In this document: positions 26,851 to 40,150 of the stretch, in pieces
How positions within the stretch are numbered: the first letter of the stretch is position 1
How the letters are laid out: each line of letters begins with the position of its first letter
From: Octopus sinensis
Lineage: Eukaryota
NCBI RefSeq assembly: GCF_006345805.1
Contig: NC_043008.1
Span: 2,976,001 to 3,040,000 of the forward strand
Direction: 5' to 3'
Length of the DNA stretch: 64,000 bases
Made by a program: the position numbers and the translations under genes
The notes under the pieces: generated by a model
What the model was told of the DNA's origin: nothing
The model's database searches: none
Seen by the model: the letters and a program-made list of their open reading frames with translations, nothing else

Positions 26851-27293
26851 TTTAATGTAGCCGTTTTAATATAACAAATGACTAATTTTCCATCACAGTC
26901 AATCGGTTTTCTCCTCTTTTCTTCCTCATCTAGGTACATAGTTGCCGATGACATTAGATGAAAAAACAAACTAATATTCGACGTACAGAAATTTAGCTCC
27001 ATATTGTCTTAAATAATTTCACTCATCATTTTCGTCTTCAAACACAGCGGAGATAAAATGAAGCCAAATACTGATAGCGTATCTGTAATTCAAGCCAATA
27101 CTGTCTTCAACTTGCTTTCATGAACTTCATTTTGCATCTCTTTCTTTCCATATTTCCATCATTAATCCCGCGAGGTAGATCCTGCCTATACATCCTCTCT
27201 ACTGAGAAAATTAACTGCAAGTCACTTACTAGGGTCGGTGATATAAACTTAACCCCGCACTATATATTCATGGCCTTGCGTCTAAATCACCAT

Positions 27294-27311
27294 TTATTAT
27301 TATTATTATTA

Positions 27312-27372
<61 letters not shown>
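27294..27372. repeat. (TAT)n microsatellite
   Basis: Read directly. Confidence 0.97.
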
Positions 27373-28271
27373 GAGTGAGAGCAGTACATACCATTAAAGT
27401 GAAACTGGCGTGAAAAACTACACGAAGTTCAATATACTTATACTGACTACCTGTTTGAAACGAGTACACCAGGCTGTATACATTGGTAGGCCGTTAAAAG
27501 AAAACAAATTTGTTCATTTACAAAGTCATGTAATAAAGCAAAAGAGGAAAAAAGAGAGAGAGAAACAGGAAAAAAATCTAAAATTAAAAAGTAAACAAAG
27601 AAAAGGGAAAGAAAATTCACAGCGACAATTCTGTTCTCTGTACGTATGACACACCATTCGGGATAATGTCTTGCACTTCCAGCATGGATGGTAAACCAGG
27701 GATCATTCTTAAATAATTTTCAGAAAATGTTAACAGCGAACAGATCATAAGATGATGAAAATAATATTAATCGCAATCAGTGTTTTACATTAAAGTCTAT
27801 ATCATCCGACTGATATGTGTCAGTGTGCCGCCTGGCCTGACATGACGTGAGACATATTGTATTTATCCTCAAACTGAATGTCGACAATTTGATTTGTTTC
27901 TGCTCTCATTTCATATAAAACACAGCGAATCAAATGAGGTCCACAAATAATAAACATTTAAATGAATATAAAAAAAAACTAAAACTTTAAATGCTGTAAA
28001 TTTGATTTATTTCAACGAAATTCACTTTAGTAGATTTACGTGTATATAAAAAGTAATTTCGGACATCTTAATTCATTTTGAATTATTTGTCGAATAATCT
28101 GTTTCGAAATTTGCAAGCTAACTTTTTAATCAAACATCTTCTCTCAATATAATATATAAAAATCGCGTTTTATAAGATGCCGAAAATTTGTGGGATAGAG
28201 GAATGAATATTTAATAAGACGTAAATAATTTTATATTTCTACTTACAATTATAGCTTTATGATATTGCCAA

Positions 28272-28559
28272 TTATGATATTCTCAATTCTGTCAGTTTGT
28301 TTACAGGCGAAGATTGGATGATGTTAAACTCTTCAGATATAATCATAAGTTTCGAAAGTACAGAGCGCACCAACCCATTTTTGTCAAGATAGGAATCACT
28401 TTCTGTTCTTTCTATTGCGACTGTTTTCCCCGAACAACTTTCGAAGACTTCCGCTACTGAGACCATATTTTCCCCGTCATCTTCCACACCACAACAACTG
28501 CTGATATACGTCTTCCATTGCCTGTAATGCCGCTCCACAAAACAAGGCTGGAACCTTTT
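28272..28559 (-). CDS. Candidate terminal coding exon, 95 aa, unknown product
   Basis: An acceptor-like ttttaaaccacacag is followed by a non-repetitive open frame KRFQPCFVERHYRQWKTYISSCCGVEDDGEN...LRIS*. No family recognised and no partner exons found. Confidence 0.2.
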   Translation of the reverse strand, partial: KRFQPCFVERHYRQWKTYISSCCGVEDDGENMVSVAEVFESCSGKTVAIERTESDSYLDKNGLVRSVLSKLMIISEEFNIIQSSPVNKLTELRIS

Positions 28560-30049
28560 CTGTGTGGTTTAAAAATCTAATAGAGGGAATATTCACAATC
28601 TCGTTTCATATGCATTAATTCATTGCAGGCCCTGTCTCTTCCGCCCGCCAAGTTTTACTTTCCTTGTCACTTCATAGTCCTATTTTCCGTTTTCCTAAAT
28701 GGTGCAGCGAACGTCTTGTGCATTCATTCTTCCACAAAAAACTGTTTTATTTTTTTTATCTCAGTCAACTTGCAGCACGGATTTTTGTCAGTGAACAGGT
28801 CGCGGTCTTAAAGCGACGAAAATATTTTGACAAATTAAACTTAAATGTTGAAGTGAATCGAACGGCTTTTGTGTGTTTCTTAAATGACTTACAATCACCT
28901 TCCACGCTACAATTATTTTCGTTTCAGCACACGATCTCAGATCAAATCACTTGCTATGCAAGTACATCTCCGTAATATTATTTCTATTTGATCAAAATCG
29001 AAGAGGAAGCATTCAAAACATTTCTGATTCTTTCAGAACTGGCGCCATCCTTGGAGTAAGCCGTTTGAATACCTACATTCAACTGTTGATGTTAATATGG
29101 GGAAGTTTCATAAGTGCTGTTATTCTCCAGGAAATGGTAGAGCACATTTTGTGAGTTTTACGTATAAGAACTGTTGATGATACGCTTTGTATAAATACGA
29201 GAATGCAGCGCGTAAATACTCCATAAATCAATCAATTATCACCTCCAGAGCTCCTCTTTCAAACTGTTATCTTTTTCTCGACATATAGTGACCTGTTACT
29301 CAAGATACGGGTATTTGCAGTAAAAGCTCGTTCGTGGTATGAATTGAAGGAAACGAAGCTTTTATATTATAATTGTTGGAAATCAGGGTTTATTTGGATA
29401 GCGCCTGTGTGGTGTTATCAAACACAAATATCCTGTGATGTTTCGATCAAGTTGAAGAGAAACAGATAAAGATCACAGTATTAAATCTGGAAGTTACTAT
29501 CAATGAGTTACTTGAAGTCCAGGGAAGCAGTTATGTTTCATGCGAAGTACTTAATTAATAATGGTAAAAGTGTTAAAAGTGCGATAATAAATTTCTTTAC
29601 TATCCATAAAGGGAAATTCCATTCATTATGAAATGGCTTACGTTAACAAGGGGAGGGTTCGAGACGAGTATTTCCTCATTTCATGGATGTCAGAACGGTA
29701 GGACAACCTCTGTAAATAGCGTTGAATCAAAGAATTTCCTAATCCTGTTGATTCAATGACTCTCATAATCTCTCCTAATGTAATTTAGTCAAATAAGCCA
29801 TCTGAAACGTTGGAAGTTTACCTCGTGTTTTGCACTTTAATCATTGATGCGTCATCCAGTTGCTCTCACTGCATTACATTCTCTGCAGTTTTATTCCTGT
29901 AAAAAATTTTACCAATTTACCTAACGCTGAAAACTGACTATAAATCGTTCTTACTGAATTCGATAAATTCGAATTCATAGAAACTTAATAGATTCCTTCA
30001 GTATATTTTTTTATTGCAAGATAATTTAGTTTATGTAATAGCATATATA

Positions 30050-31280
30050 CGACGCTGGAAAATTTACCAAAAATTCTTAGGATGAGGTATAGATATGATT
30101 AGGTATAAATAACAGCTTCATTAACTAAACACCACTGCAACTCATCAATGATGTGTGAAAGTTTTAATCTGAAGTAAATATTCTTCTGAGTCTTACGAAG
30201 CTGATCTGTCATTTCAAAGTTGAATGACTAGCTTACTGTACAAGATATGAATTTTGCATAAAACTCAAATCAGTATTAAAAACAAAATAAAATACTTTCC
30301 TTATCATTAGCCCACAAGAGCTGTTCTAATCCTAGTCCCAGGCAGAGCCTTACTTCTCGTATGAAATAAATTATTCAGGAATTTTAGTTATTTCAACAAC
30401 CCCTCTATCTTGAACAATACATCTTTTTGAAACAGCATTTTAAAATTATATCCAGGTATGAATTTTATTTGGAAAGTTGAAAAAATAACCAAAGAAAATA
30501 AATAGCTTAGTCAAAATCTGCTATGGAGTAGATTAATATAATTTGCATTGCATTGAAAAGAAACTCATAAATAACAAACCAAGATGTTGTAAACCATTCT
30601 AAATAAATTCTAGAGCTAAAATAGGACGGAAGAATAATTGGAAAATGTAAATGATACTGGTATTGTTCTGCTATGGAAACCAAGCATTCCTTTCGTGCAA
30701 AGAAAATGTATGACAAACCTTTATATTTATTAGACTTCGGTTTTGGTTCCTTCATTTTAAGAAAACTAATTATAAGATGAGGAATGCACCAAACTTTCCT
30801 ATCGCAAACATTAATGTGCAATAATATATGAGAGTAAGGCTTTAGCACATTCAAAATCAATGCATAATTGACTGTTTATCATGCTCTGAATAGAACGACG
30901 TAATAAGGAAATAGCTTTACAATAGCATTTGAAATTTACAGCATAAAAATAAAGCGTAGCGTGTATTTTCTTGTAAATAATCGTTGGATGAAAGGATAAC
31001 ATGTTTCGTGAATAATCATTGAAATTAAATTGAATCGAATAACTCCCTTGAACGCATGTTACTTGCAATCAAAAGCCTTGGGTGATTAAGTGCAAAGTTC
31101 GCTCCTTGTATTTTATTCCTGAAATTAAAACTATCGTTTGCTGGCGGTACTCATTCCAGCATCTCTAAATTGCCACTTTCTCAACAATTTCCTTTCCCAC
31201 AACACAAAGGACTGATTAAGTGCAGACGTATCGCTCTAATGAAGAAGGGTGACCAGTTCTTATAACACTACCTCCCCTAT
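30050..31280 (-). mobile_element. Ancient RTE-like LINE RT remnant
   Basis: Minus-strand fragments in RT order: GKEIVEKV, CIDFECAK (compare FIDFEKAFD), RKECLVS (compare RQGCxLS), EMTDQLRKTQ (compare RTE KLRxTQR). Confidence 0.4.
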
Positions 31281-31885
31281 TGTGGAAGAATGTACAACAG
31301 AACTAGTACTGCCTTATTTCTCTTTTGTAATGGATCTAACGTATCTAATTCACCATTTACCATCATGTGTAACACTTCAAACATGAGTATCTAAAAAAAA
31401 AAAACATTTTTCATCACACTCATTTACTTTCAATTATTTCCTCATTTATTACCAGCGCAGGATTTGTAGAAATATTTCTGCAACAAGCCTTCGCGCCGAT
31501 GTCACCTGACATAGTATTTAATCATGGAAAATATTGGCAAAAGCAATATTCAATCGGATATTAACGCTAAAATATCTTTTGATATTTGATATAATCACGG
31601 CCATAGTGCAAGAGCACTGTAGAAGAAGCAATTTTGGTAAAGTTTGTCAAAATTTTAAAGAATGAAAAAAGCAGAAAGCAATCGTTTATTAAACAGTTTA
31701 AGATCTTTTGGGATTCATTCGCGAACCCCAAGCGTTGTTCAACAGGTCTACGCTGGTGTAGATTGTAATGCTGAGGATGAAAATGAAGATCGGTCCCTCT
31801 TGAAATTAAAATTACACAACGTTACCAATATTTCAAATTTATTACTCTATTCCATTTGAATTATATACAAGAGTTTATAAACATA

Positions 31886-32170
31886 GAGGCCGGCATTGGC
31901 ATGTGGCAAGAATTTTGATTACCAACCACATGGTTCCGGGTTCAGTCCCATTACGTAACACCTTGTTTTCTACTATAGTCTCAGACTGACCATAGACTTG
32001 TGAGTGGATTTCGTAGAGAATATATATATTTATATAGAATACGTAGAAGGCGATACATTGTTATCCTTCAAAAAAAGAAGTACTGTAGTCGATGAATCCG
32101 ACTGAATTTCTTCAAGGTCGTGCACCAGCATGGGCGCAGTCTAATGACTGGAGCAAGTAAAAGATAAAAC
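31886..32170 (+). mobile_element. SINE family A, internally deleted
   Basis: ccaaccacatggttccgggttcagtccc head and caccagcatgggcgcagtctaatgactggagcaagtaaaagataaaa tail. Confidence 0.85.
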
Positions 32171-32779
32171 GTACACGAATTTTAGGTTACTTAAAATATA
32201 TTTGCGACATGTTTCAACTTCTAAGAGCAAATTCTCTGCAACTACAATGCAAAAAAATCTTTCTTTTGATAAATAGTTGTAGAAATACCATATCTGACCA
32301 GTGTTGCCCTCTATCGGATTCTCAGACGCAGCATTTCTGGCTCTTCGACCTTCTTCAATGAGAAATACCGAAGAGAGCTGACTCTGGAAAGATTCAAAGC
32401 CGTAGACTTAAGTAAATATAAAGTCAACAACAGCGGCTGAGTTGTGCTGGTCGGGATAAAAATAGTTGCACCATTATAAAGATAAACGAAGAAATTATTG
32501 CATCTTCCAGTATTTGTAGTTGTAGATTTTACGTATTTAAAATATCGTTGTATTATCCTTTATCCCAACCTAGGCACATCTGAGTTAGGCCAGGATGAGG
32601 ATGTGCTGTGGTTTGAACAAGTGAACAGAGGATGTTATGACAGTTAATTTAGAAACTGTGGTTCCATCTATGAATAAAACATTGGATGCTGATCGGAGGT
32701 CACATTTGATAGAAACATCGAATAGATATAAATATTGGAAACTCTTTCATCTTAGAATTTAAAGTTCCTATTCGAAAAT

Positions 32780-33440
32780 ATTATGAATTTCTTACACAAT
32801 TCATCTCTGATATTAAGACATTAAATCAATACTCTTTCTTATAGTATTAGTAAAGCCGTCAACCATATCAAGTACGACGATTTCCTATTTAATTTACCTG
32901 TCCTGCAGATGCATACCTTGGATCAGAAGTTTCCTTACAATACTCCATTATACAGAACATTTACAGGATTACATCCGATCTATATCTCAATATTTCTAAT
33001 GCGCTTATACTTTCTTATAGCACTTTCCTATATACACTAAGCATTTACGCTGCTACGTTCATACTCATACATTTCTATATAAAATTAGTGGACATTTAAA
33101 CACAAGAGAGGCGACTCTTAACAGGCAGCCTTACATTTCTATGTAGATGCCACCGGATTACCTCACCTCACCAGTCTCCCACTCACAGCCCAAGATGAGA
33201 GGCTATTTGCTAGCATCAGCAGTCGAATCCCTTTTAGATCACACGTTAACTTCTTAATAAAAGACACACTCGATTATGATAGTCCTACATATACGGAGGA
33301 AAATATTGGATCATTGCTAAAATTCCACTTACATTAAGCTGTTCATCTGGTGATAACTGGGAGTTGGACAACAATATAGACCTGTATCGAAACTAAACAC
33401 CATGCAACAATTAGTTATCTATGTTTCGCAATTTTGAACT
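32780..33440 (+). mobile_element. Ancient CR1/L2-like RT remnant
   Basis: WIRSFL (32919-32936) followed ~200 bp later by FYVDAT (compare FYADDT); otherwise degenerate. Confidence 0.35.
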
Positions 33441-33495
33441 AACTACGGATTATTTTCGCGGGTCTTGACTCGATAGAAATGGCATATATATATAT

Positions 33496-33717
33496 GTGAT
33501 CCCTTAAGCACCACCAGCTCAAATATTGTCTCCTCTGTCTTCCCTCCTTGGGATCTTTCCTTCTCCTTGTTTCCGACGAAGAGCTCCGCTCGAAACGTTA
33601 AACCCTCCTTCCATTCTTTCCTGAGCGTCAATAATACTTTAATTGTTCCACGTTCTGCGTTGCTGTGTTTTTTCTCTTTTTTTTCTCTTTTTTCTGTGTT
33701 TTCTTGTTTGGATTAAC
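33496..33717 (+). mobile_element. Short Penelope-terminal-repeat-like element (family P1) with hammerhead fold, between (TA)n tracts
   Basis: About 200-bp sequence with inverted homologues at 45712 and 47306. Carries gttt-CCGACGA-a-gagc-tcc-gctc-GAAA-cgtt-aaac at 33569-33603. Confidence 0.75.
33569..33603 (+). ncRNA. Putative minimal type I hammerhead ribozyme, U4C core variant
   Basis: Helix I GUUU/AAAC, core CCGACGA, helix II GAGC/GCUC, GAAA, self-complementary ACGU helix III, GUU triplet. Confidence 0.55.
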
Positions 33718-33960
33718 TTTATATATATATATATATATATATATAAGGGATGACTACAGCAATGTTTGAGGAAGGTCGGCCTTCTCTAAAGCGCAGGTGA
33801 TTTTATAGTCTACGAAATTTTATCCTACGTAACTGTTATCTTTGTCAACGTCATGTAATATGTCACTTTTCATTGCATTATAACATGATTCGAAATACAT
33901 GTAACTGTTATTTCTAACAAAAATTAAGGACAGCAGAACATACTCACTTTTCATTCAGTT

Positions 33961-33995
<35 letters not shown>

Positions 33996-34027
33996 TACTA
34001 CTACTACTACTACTAATAATAATAATA

Positions 34028-34058
<31 letters not shown>

Positions 34059-34149
34059 TCTGCTATTACTACTTCTACTACTACTACTAATACTAATAAT
34101 AATTCTACTACTACCTCCACTACTACTACTACTACTACTACCACTACTA

Positions 34150-34188
<39 letters not shown>

Positions 34189-34217
34189 ACTACTACTACT
34201 ACTACTACTACTACTAC
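33961..34217. repeat. (TAC)n/(TAA)n compound microsatellite
   Basis: Read directly. Confidence 0.95.
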
Positions 34218-34689
34218 ATCAGTTGCTGCCGTTCTTGCTTTTCTCTTGCAGCAGGTCAGCTCCCATGAAACCTATACATAATCAAATTTGTTCCATGTTG
34301 TGTTCATGACTTTTGCTTATTGAATAAAAGTTAGTTGTGCTGTGCTTACTTGCCACATTTAATAGTATGCAATTGCGTTGCCATTGTTTTGAGGAATTCT
34401 ATTATATTTTAAACACGGAGACTAGTAAAGGGCTCCTCGTTCGAACTTGCTAAATGTAGTCTTAATTTTGTTGGAACTCAGCACAGCTCTGACTGAGTGC
34501 ATCTATGACCAAAGTCGCTTCAGCCTTGGCCATCCTCTATTTTGTATTCAGACATTGTGCATCAGCAACTATAATGTATAAAGCATCCACTGGTGTTTAC
34601 GCATGAAGGGTATGAATTGAGAGCTATTTTCGTTATGTAATCTCCGGTAGGCGTAACGATCACTATAAAGAACACTCCAAGGCTCGAAA

Positions 34690-34895
34690 CATTAATTTCA
34701 AGATTTAGTGCAAGGCCAGCAATTTTGGAAGGGGTGATAAGTCGATTATATCTGCCTCAGGACTCAATTGGCATTTCTTATTTCATCAACCATGAAATGA
34801 AGAAGGCTAGAATAGAAACTGTTTGCATTTCGACTCAGATTGTAAAGTTGGAATATAAGCCATTAAGTACTTTGTCCGGTGTGGTAACGATCGTC
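34690..34895 (-). mobile_element. Old SINE family B copy
   Basis: gcaaggccagcaattttggaaggggtgataagtcgatta...agtactttgtccggtgtggtaacgat is the reverse of family B. Confidence 0.65.
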
Positions 34896-36160
34896 ACCTT
34901 GTAGATTCAAAATATTTCGAATTGGAGTTTACCGATTTATCTTTCAAGTGGCAATATGTGTGTCATAATCACTTATTAACAACAAATGACACGTAGGACA
35001 TGTGGCTGTTTCGAAGTAACTGTAGATGACATAATCACACTGATGGTGAAGAGACGAGGTGACATGTGGAAACGACAGTATTTTGAAATGAATAAAGAAC
35101 AAGGAATAGAATTTCCTTGTTAAATCTTTCATATTTATTCTTGTCATTCAATATCTTAAATGTATTAGATGTTTTTTTGTTCTTTTTTTATTTAGAGGTT
35201 AAAAGTTATTCTGCGCAATATTTTGTTTTCTAAGTTTTATTTACGGATATATGTTTATTTTGCCGCCATTTTGTAGTTTTTTCATTCTGCCTGAATAAAG
35301 AATAACCTCTCGAGATTCGTTTATTTGATATTATTTGTTTTACTTGTTAGCGTTTTCTTACGTTTTAAATTCCTCATAAAACATCAGTGCTAGATTCTAT
35401 TTATTTCTGATAATCAACTTTATAGCGGGACTTTGAACCTGGAGGTCATTTTCTCAATTTTAATGAGAAAGTAGATTCTTCAACAATTGAACTTGTTCCA
35501 AATTGTTCTACGCATTTACTTTATATAAAGATAAGATCATTATTTTTAGAGATAGAATATATACATATATACATATTGTTCTTGAAACACAGAAACCACA
35601 ATACAAAATTTCTTTCACAACTCATAATCACAGAAGTTTAAGAATAAATTTTGTAACACGTGATAGAAAAAAGAAATACGATTCTGACGAAGTCTCACAG
35701 TTGATAATCTGAAATATTTTTATTTTCTTTAAACATTTAAGAATTTCTTTTGGAAGAAAATTCAGGTTACAGAAGAGAAAATGGTATTTTTCATGGAAGG
35801 TATGAAAAATAATATAGAATTGAATTTAACAACCTTGCTGCATTGGATTGAAGCATTTGGTGGATATTTGATATCACGTAGTTCCAGCGAATTATAGGGA
35901 CAAAAAATGCTTCAATATTCTACTACAAAGTCGCTGAAGTTCTGCAAATGTGACACTGCTTGATGCATTCTCTGCTATGATTAATTCTTAAATGTCAATA
36001 AAAATATCTCACTAATATATATAAATATATATATATGTATATATATATATATATGTATGTATATATATAACAACTATATATAAATACATCCCCCCACATA
36101 TATATACACAGAAAGATATGTGTATATAAATACATAAACATGTGTCTGCTTATGTATTTC

Positions 36161-36210
<50 letters not shown>

Positions 36211-36744
36211 CAATGAAATGTAAAGTGTATCCTGAGCGCTGCGAATACAATAACGATGGTAACTGTTAAATGGAGGGAAACTTATCATTATTAATTTTCT
36301 TCTCCAATGTATATTTCGTATTGTGTGGGTAGAATTTATTTTTGAGATATTTGATATTACAGTTGGCGCTTCAGTTTTAAACACTACATTCGTAGATCAC
36401 TTCCTCTTGGCTCATCCATGTAAGGGGCATCAGAAATCTTCTTTGCTACGTTGACCCCTTAGTATCTGAAACTGTCCCACCTGTGAAATTGGAAGATATT
36501 ACCATCCGCCAATAAGGATATTTCGAACCCACAATCCATCAAGTGTAGTGACATCCTCTTTTCCCATACAATAATACACCTGTGACTCCCATTTCTAGTG
36601 ATATTTGCCATATGATATACATATATATAAATAGAGAGAGAGAGAACGAGAGAGAGAACGAGAGAGAGAGAGAGAGAGAGAGAGAGTAGCATTAATATGT
36701 ACCTACAACGACTACTGGAAACAGCTGTACGCCAATTTGCTCTA

Positions 36745-36792
36745 ATCCTACGACCGCGAGTCCGCTGCCTTAACCACTGGGCCATTGCGCCT
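36745..36792 (-). mobile_element. Truncated tRNA-like SINE head (third family)
   Basis: Minus strand aggcgcaatggcccagtggttaaggcagcggactcgcggtcgtagg has an A-box, D-arm and anticodon-like arm, but no T-arm or acceptor stem. Confidence 0.6.
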
Positions 36793-37095
36793 CTCTCTAT
36801 ATATATGACCTACGTAACGCGGAGTAGATGAAACAGAGGCGACTGAAGAAGGGGAATTTTCAGTGTGTTGTATGTCCTGTACTCTATATATTCGTTATTT
36901 AAGAAAAATGTCCATTTCTTTGGTTTTGTGTTTATGTTTTCGTTTCTTATTTTGTTCGATGCGTGTATATATACATATAGAGGTAGGTACGTACATATAT
37001 GGATGTATATATGCATATGTTTTATTTATTAATCTACACACACACACACACACACACACCACACACACACACACACATACACACACACATATATA

Positions 37096-37137
<42 letters not shown>

Positions 37138-37139
<2 letters not shown>

Positions 37140-37300
37140 TAGTTTTTTCTAGCAAAAACTGTCCGACGAACGGGAACGTGAAACTCAGAGTAACAGGTTT
37201 TGTTGAATTTTCTGCTGCTTTTAAATAAAGCATATTACTCTACCACTGGTATTTGAGTACTCTTTTTCCACCTCGTTTCACATTTATGTGTTTACTGCGG
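37138..37300 (+). mobile_element. 163-bp element (family P2) inside a (TA)n array, carrying a hammerhead fold
   Basis: Unique 163-bp island flanked by (TA)n on both sides; contains the 37151-37204 motif. Confidence 0.6.
37151..37204 (+). ncRNA. Putative type I hammerhead ribozyme, U4C core variant, extended helix I
   Basis: Helix I agcaaaaactgt/acaggttttgtt (12 positions, one A-G mismatch, one G-U), core CCGACGA, helix II ACG-GGAA-CGU, GAAA, helix III ACUC-a-GAGU, cleavage triplet GUA at 37190-37192. Confidence 0.65.
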
Positions 37301-37387
<87 letters not shown>

Positions 37388-39049
37388 GTATGCGTGTATG
37401 TATATAAATATTAATTATTAAGGGTGCTACACGCTAGAAATAGCAGCCAGAGGACCACTTACCACTTGATAGGCGCCTGTATCACTCTTGATCCCGGCGA
37501 AAGTTTTAAACTTTTTCTTACTTAATGCACAGCTGTGCTTGATGGCAGAAGAAAGAGCAAGAAAGCAAAATATCCAACAAAAGATAGAAATTCTTTAAGA
37601 AATCGAAATTATCGCCAAGATAATGCTTTTACCTTTGTTTTTTTTTTATTTATTTACTGAGGTTGAATTATTTTTGATGTTTGGCAGCGTTATGTCTCTA
37701 TTCAATTTATCACACGGCCTCAGACTTAACATTAAGTGACCGAAGGAAGTAGTGCTACCCTGGATCAAGAGGGAGGCTGTCACGCAATATCTGCGACCAC
37801 ATGCAATCATCTGTATGCAAGGTTTTATAGTCTGTTTTTGGTTGTTATTTGCTTATTGGTTATCTGAAAAATGAGAAAGAAATTTAAATACCAAATATGA
37901 TGCCGCCAAGTATTTTAGCACTTTGTGTACTCTAGAATTGGTTTTATTGACAGCCATCCGAAATTTAAGATAACATATCTAGCTTTTGAAGTAATTTATG
38001 GCAAATATTTTTGCAGAGACAATTTCAATGTTCTAACAATTCTGTCATCCAAATTTTCAGAAAGAGCGAAGAATAGGCGTATACAGCCGTGTAGTTATCA
38101 GATGATGGAATTAGTCATGCCATCTGTATGGATTTGAGAAGCAGTGCAAGTATACATCAAAATCAGAAAGTATTGGTTATTCGTTCCACCTTGGCATTGT
38201 TTCTTTTTGAGGTTTCTGTTTTATATTTTTGTCTTTTGATGTAATTATCATATTCAAATTAATAAATCATTCGATGTCAATTGTTATTAACTTTCAAATG
38301 CCTTGTATTATCATGACTAAAAGTGGAAAGCATAAAATATTTGTGCCTGGCCATACTGCTTAGTGTATGTTTACTGGTGGTCCTGTTTACCGAGGCGGTT
38401 ATCTACAGTTAGGAATAGACAGACGTTTAGCCTTATAAGTATAAATAGAAATCAAATGCCAATGGGGTCGTACGTGACAGGGAAGAGAGAGAGAGAGAGA
38501 CGGTAAATGTCTAGAATTCCATTTCTCCGATTAGTGTACACAGGAAAGTGACCTGACCAGGCCTACTGTATGTAAATCAATAAGTATTTTCTAATATTTC
38601 AAAATACACTCCAAAAGTTGAGAGTCTCTTATCGGTTATAAACAACCACACACACATATAGTTAATCCAGTGTCAACAATGACTGTTGTGTAACATATAA
38701 TATAATGCATACGCCCTCTTTAAATAACTCACCTTTAATTCAAATAATACACCCACTCTTCAAATACAACATCTATACGTCAAAGTGTGAACAAACTAAC
38801 GCCATTATCAAATATTCAGTTAAAACAAGCCACTTAATCCACAAAAAGGAAAGAGAAATACAATATACGCGTATTTCACTGTATCAGGATTTCAATTTCA
38901 AAGCATACCTGTGAGATACAATTAATGAAAATATACATCGTATGTAAAGCGTCAGTGTGCAGAAATTTCTATCTCGAATATTATGGAAGCTGTGAGACCT
39001 CGTTCTCCTATAAATATCTTCAATTAACTGTGTTTAATATTGTAAAATT

Positions 39050-40150
39050 GTGATATTGTGATATTTTAAAATTTCATGGTCAGATAGGTACTTGGTGCTA
39101 CAGATATTTATGAAACTCAATAAAGAAAATACTATTTCAGGGATTGTAAATATATTAAAAACAAGGAAGTTTTCAACAAAACGAATCGTATCCGGGCGTG
39201 AGAAGATTACTGTTTCATTTATTTCAATTATAGTTCCTATGTATATTGTACCATCGAGTGATTGCTATAGCTTTCAAAGCAGTAGGCTGTAATTTCACCG
39301 ACGTTTTCCTGTTCGCCTTCCAGTATGTCAGTTTACAATATCAAGCCTCCTTGTATCAGTATTCAGTTGCTTCCAGTAATCTGTAGTCGTTTAATATTCT
39401 TCGACGGTGTGTCGATAGGGTTACGGAAAGGGCATTTAAGAGATTTGCTCATGTTGAAAGTGAGATTTAATGCAAACATAATGAACGATGCATTGGCATC
39501 TTCTTAGAAGTGTTTTTACCCAATTCCCAGTTTCATTTCAAATATTTCACTTCCAGCTAAGTTATAACTCATATACTTCCCATATATTCTCATCAAATGA
39601 TAGATTTCTGTTGTATACTTGAACCCCAATCCCCATCTCATTTGCATATAGATTCATATTGCACTTCAGTTTTAATTAGACTCGGCTAATTACTTTTTGA
39701 TTCGTGCCTTTCACAAGGTGCATTTCACTTACATATATTACATTTCTCTAATTCGTTAACCTTGCACTCTTCCCGAGTTCATTACGTGACTCATTCCTTA
39801 TTTGATGGAGAAATTATCATTATTCCGATTTGTCTTGTCCAGATTCCTCAAACATATGTCATCTGCAAAGATATCACCTCTGTCAATTTGTTTCCATCTG
39901 CGTGCATGTTTAATAGTATTTCACAGTTGTCGAATAGCAAACTCAACGCAGAGTATGTTTTTACAGGGAATTTATTCAATATAGTGTTAATACATACCAA
40001 CTTAATTGGAAAATACAGAATCCCTTATTTACTAATTAATGGTAATATGAGTATACTGCAGAACTTAGGTTATCAATGCCTTCACTTGATCACCAAAAGG
40101 CATCTGCTACATCTCTCACACAAATCCCAGACTCTCTCCTTGAAGATGGG
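39050..40150 (-). mobile_element. Ancient CR1-like LINE ORF2 remnant
   Basis: IFADDICL at 39872-39849 (RT catalytic motif), then KCNI and MGIGVQVYNRNLSFDENI (compare CR1 DLGV...LSFxEHI), in CR1 order. Confidence 0.55.

Noticed and set aside
35683-35720. CTGACGA...GAAA at 35.7 kb
   Set aside because: No helix I complementarity and only a trivial helix II; expected by chance.
36745-36792. tRNA gene (also considered for the SINE A heads at 21203, 31886, 50667 and 56268)
   Set aside because: Only partial tRNA-like arms or promoter boxes, with no complete cloverleaf. These are SINE heads.
36808-36965. CTGAAGA within a (TA)-flanked repeat island
   Set aside because: No downstream GAAA or helix III, so a ribozyme cannot be called. 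Kept only as an example of a TA-embedded island.
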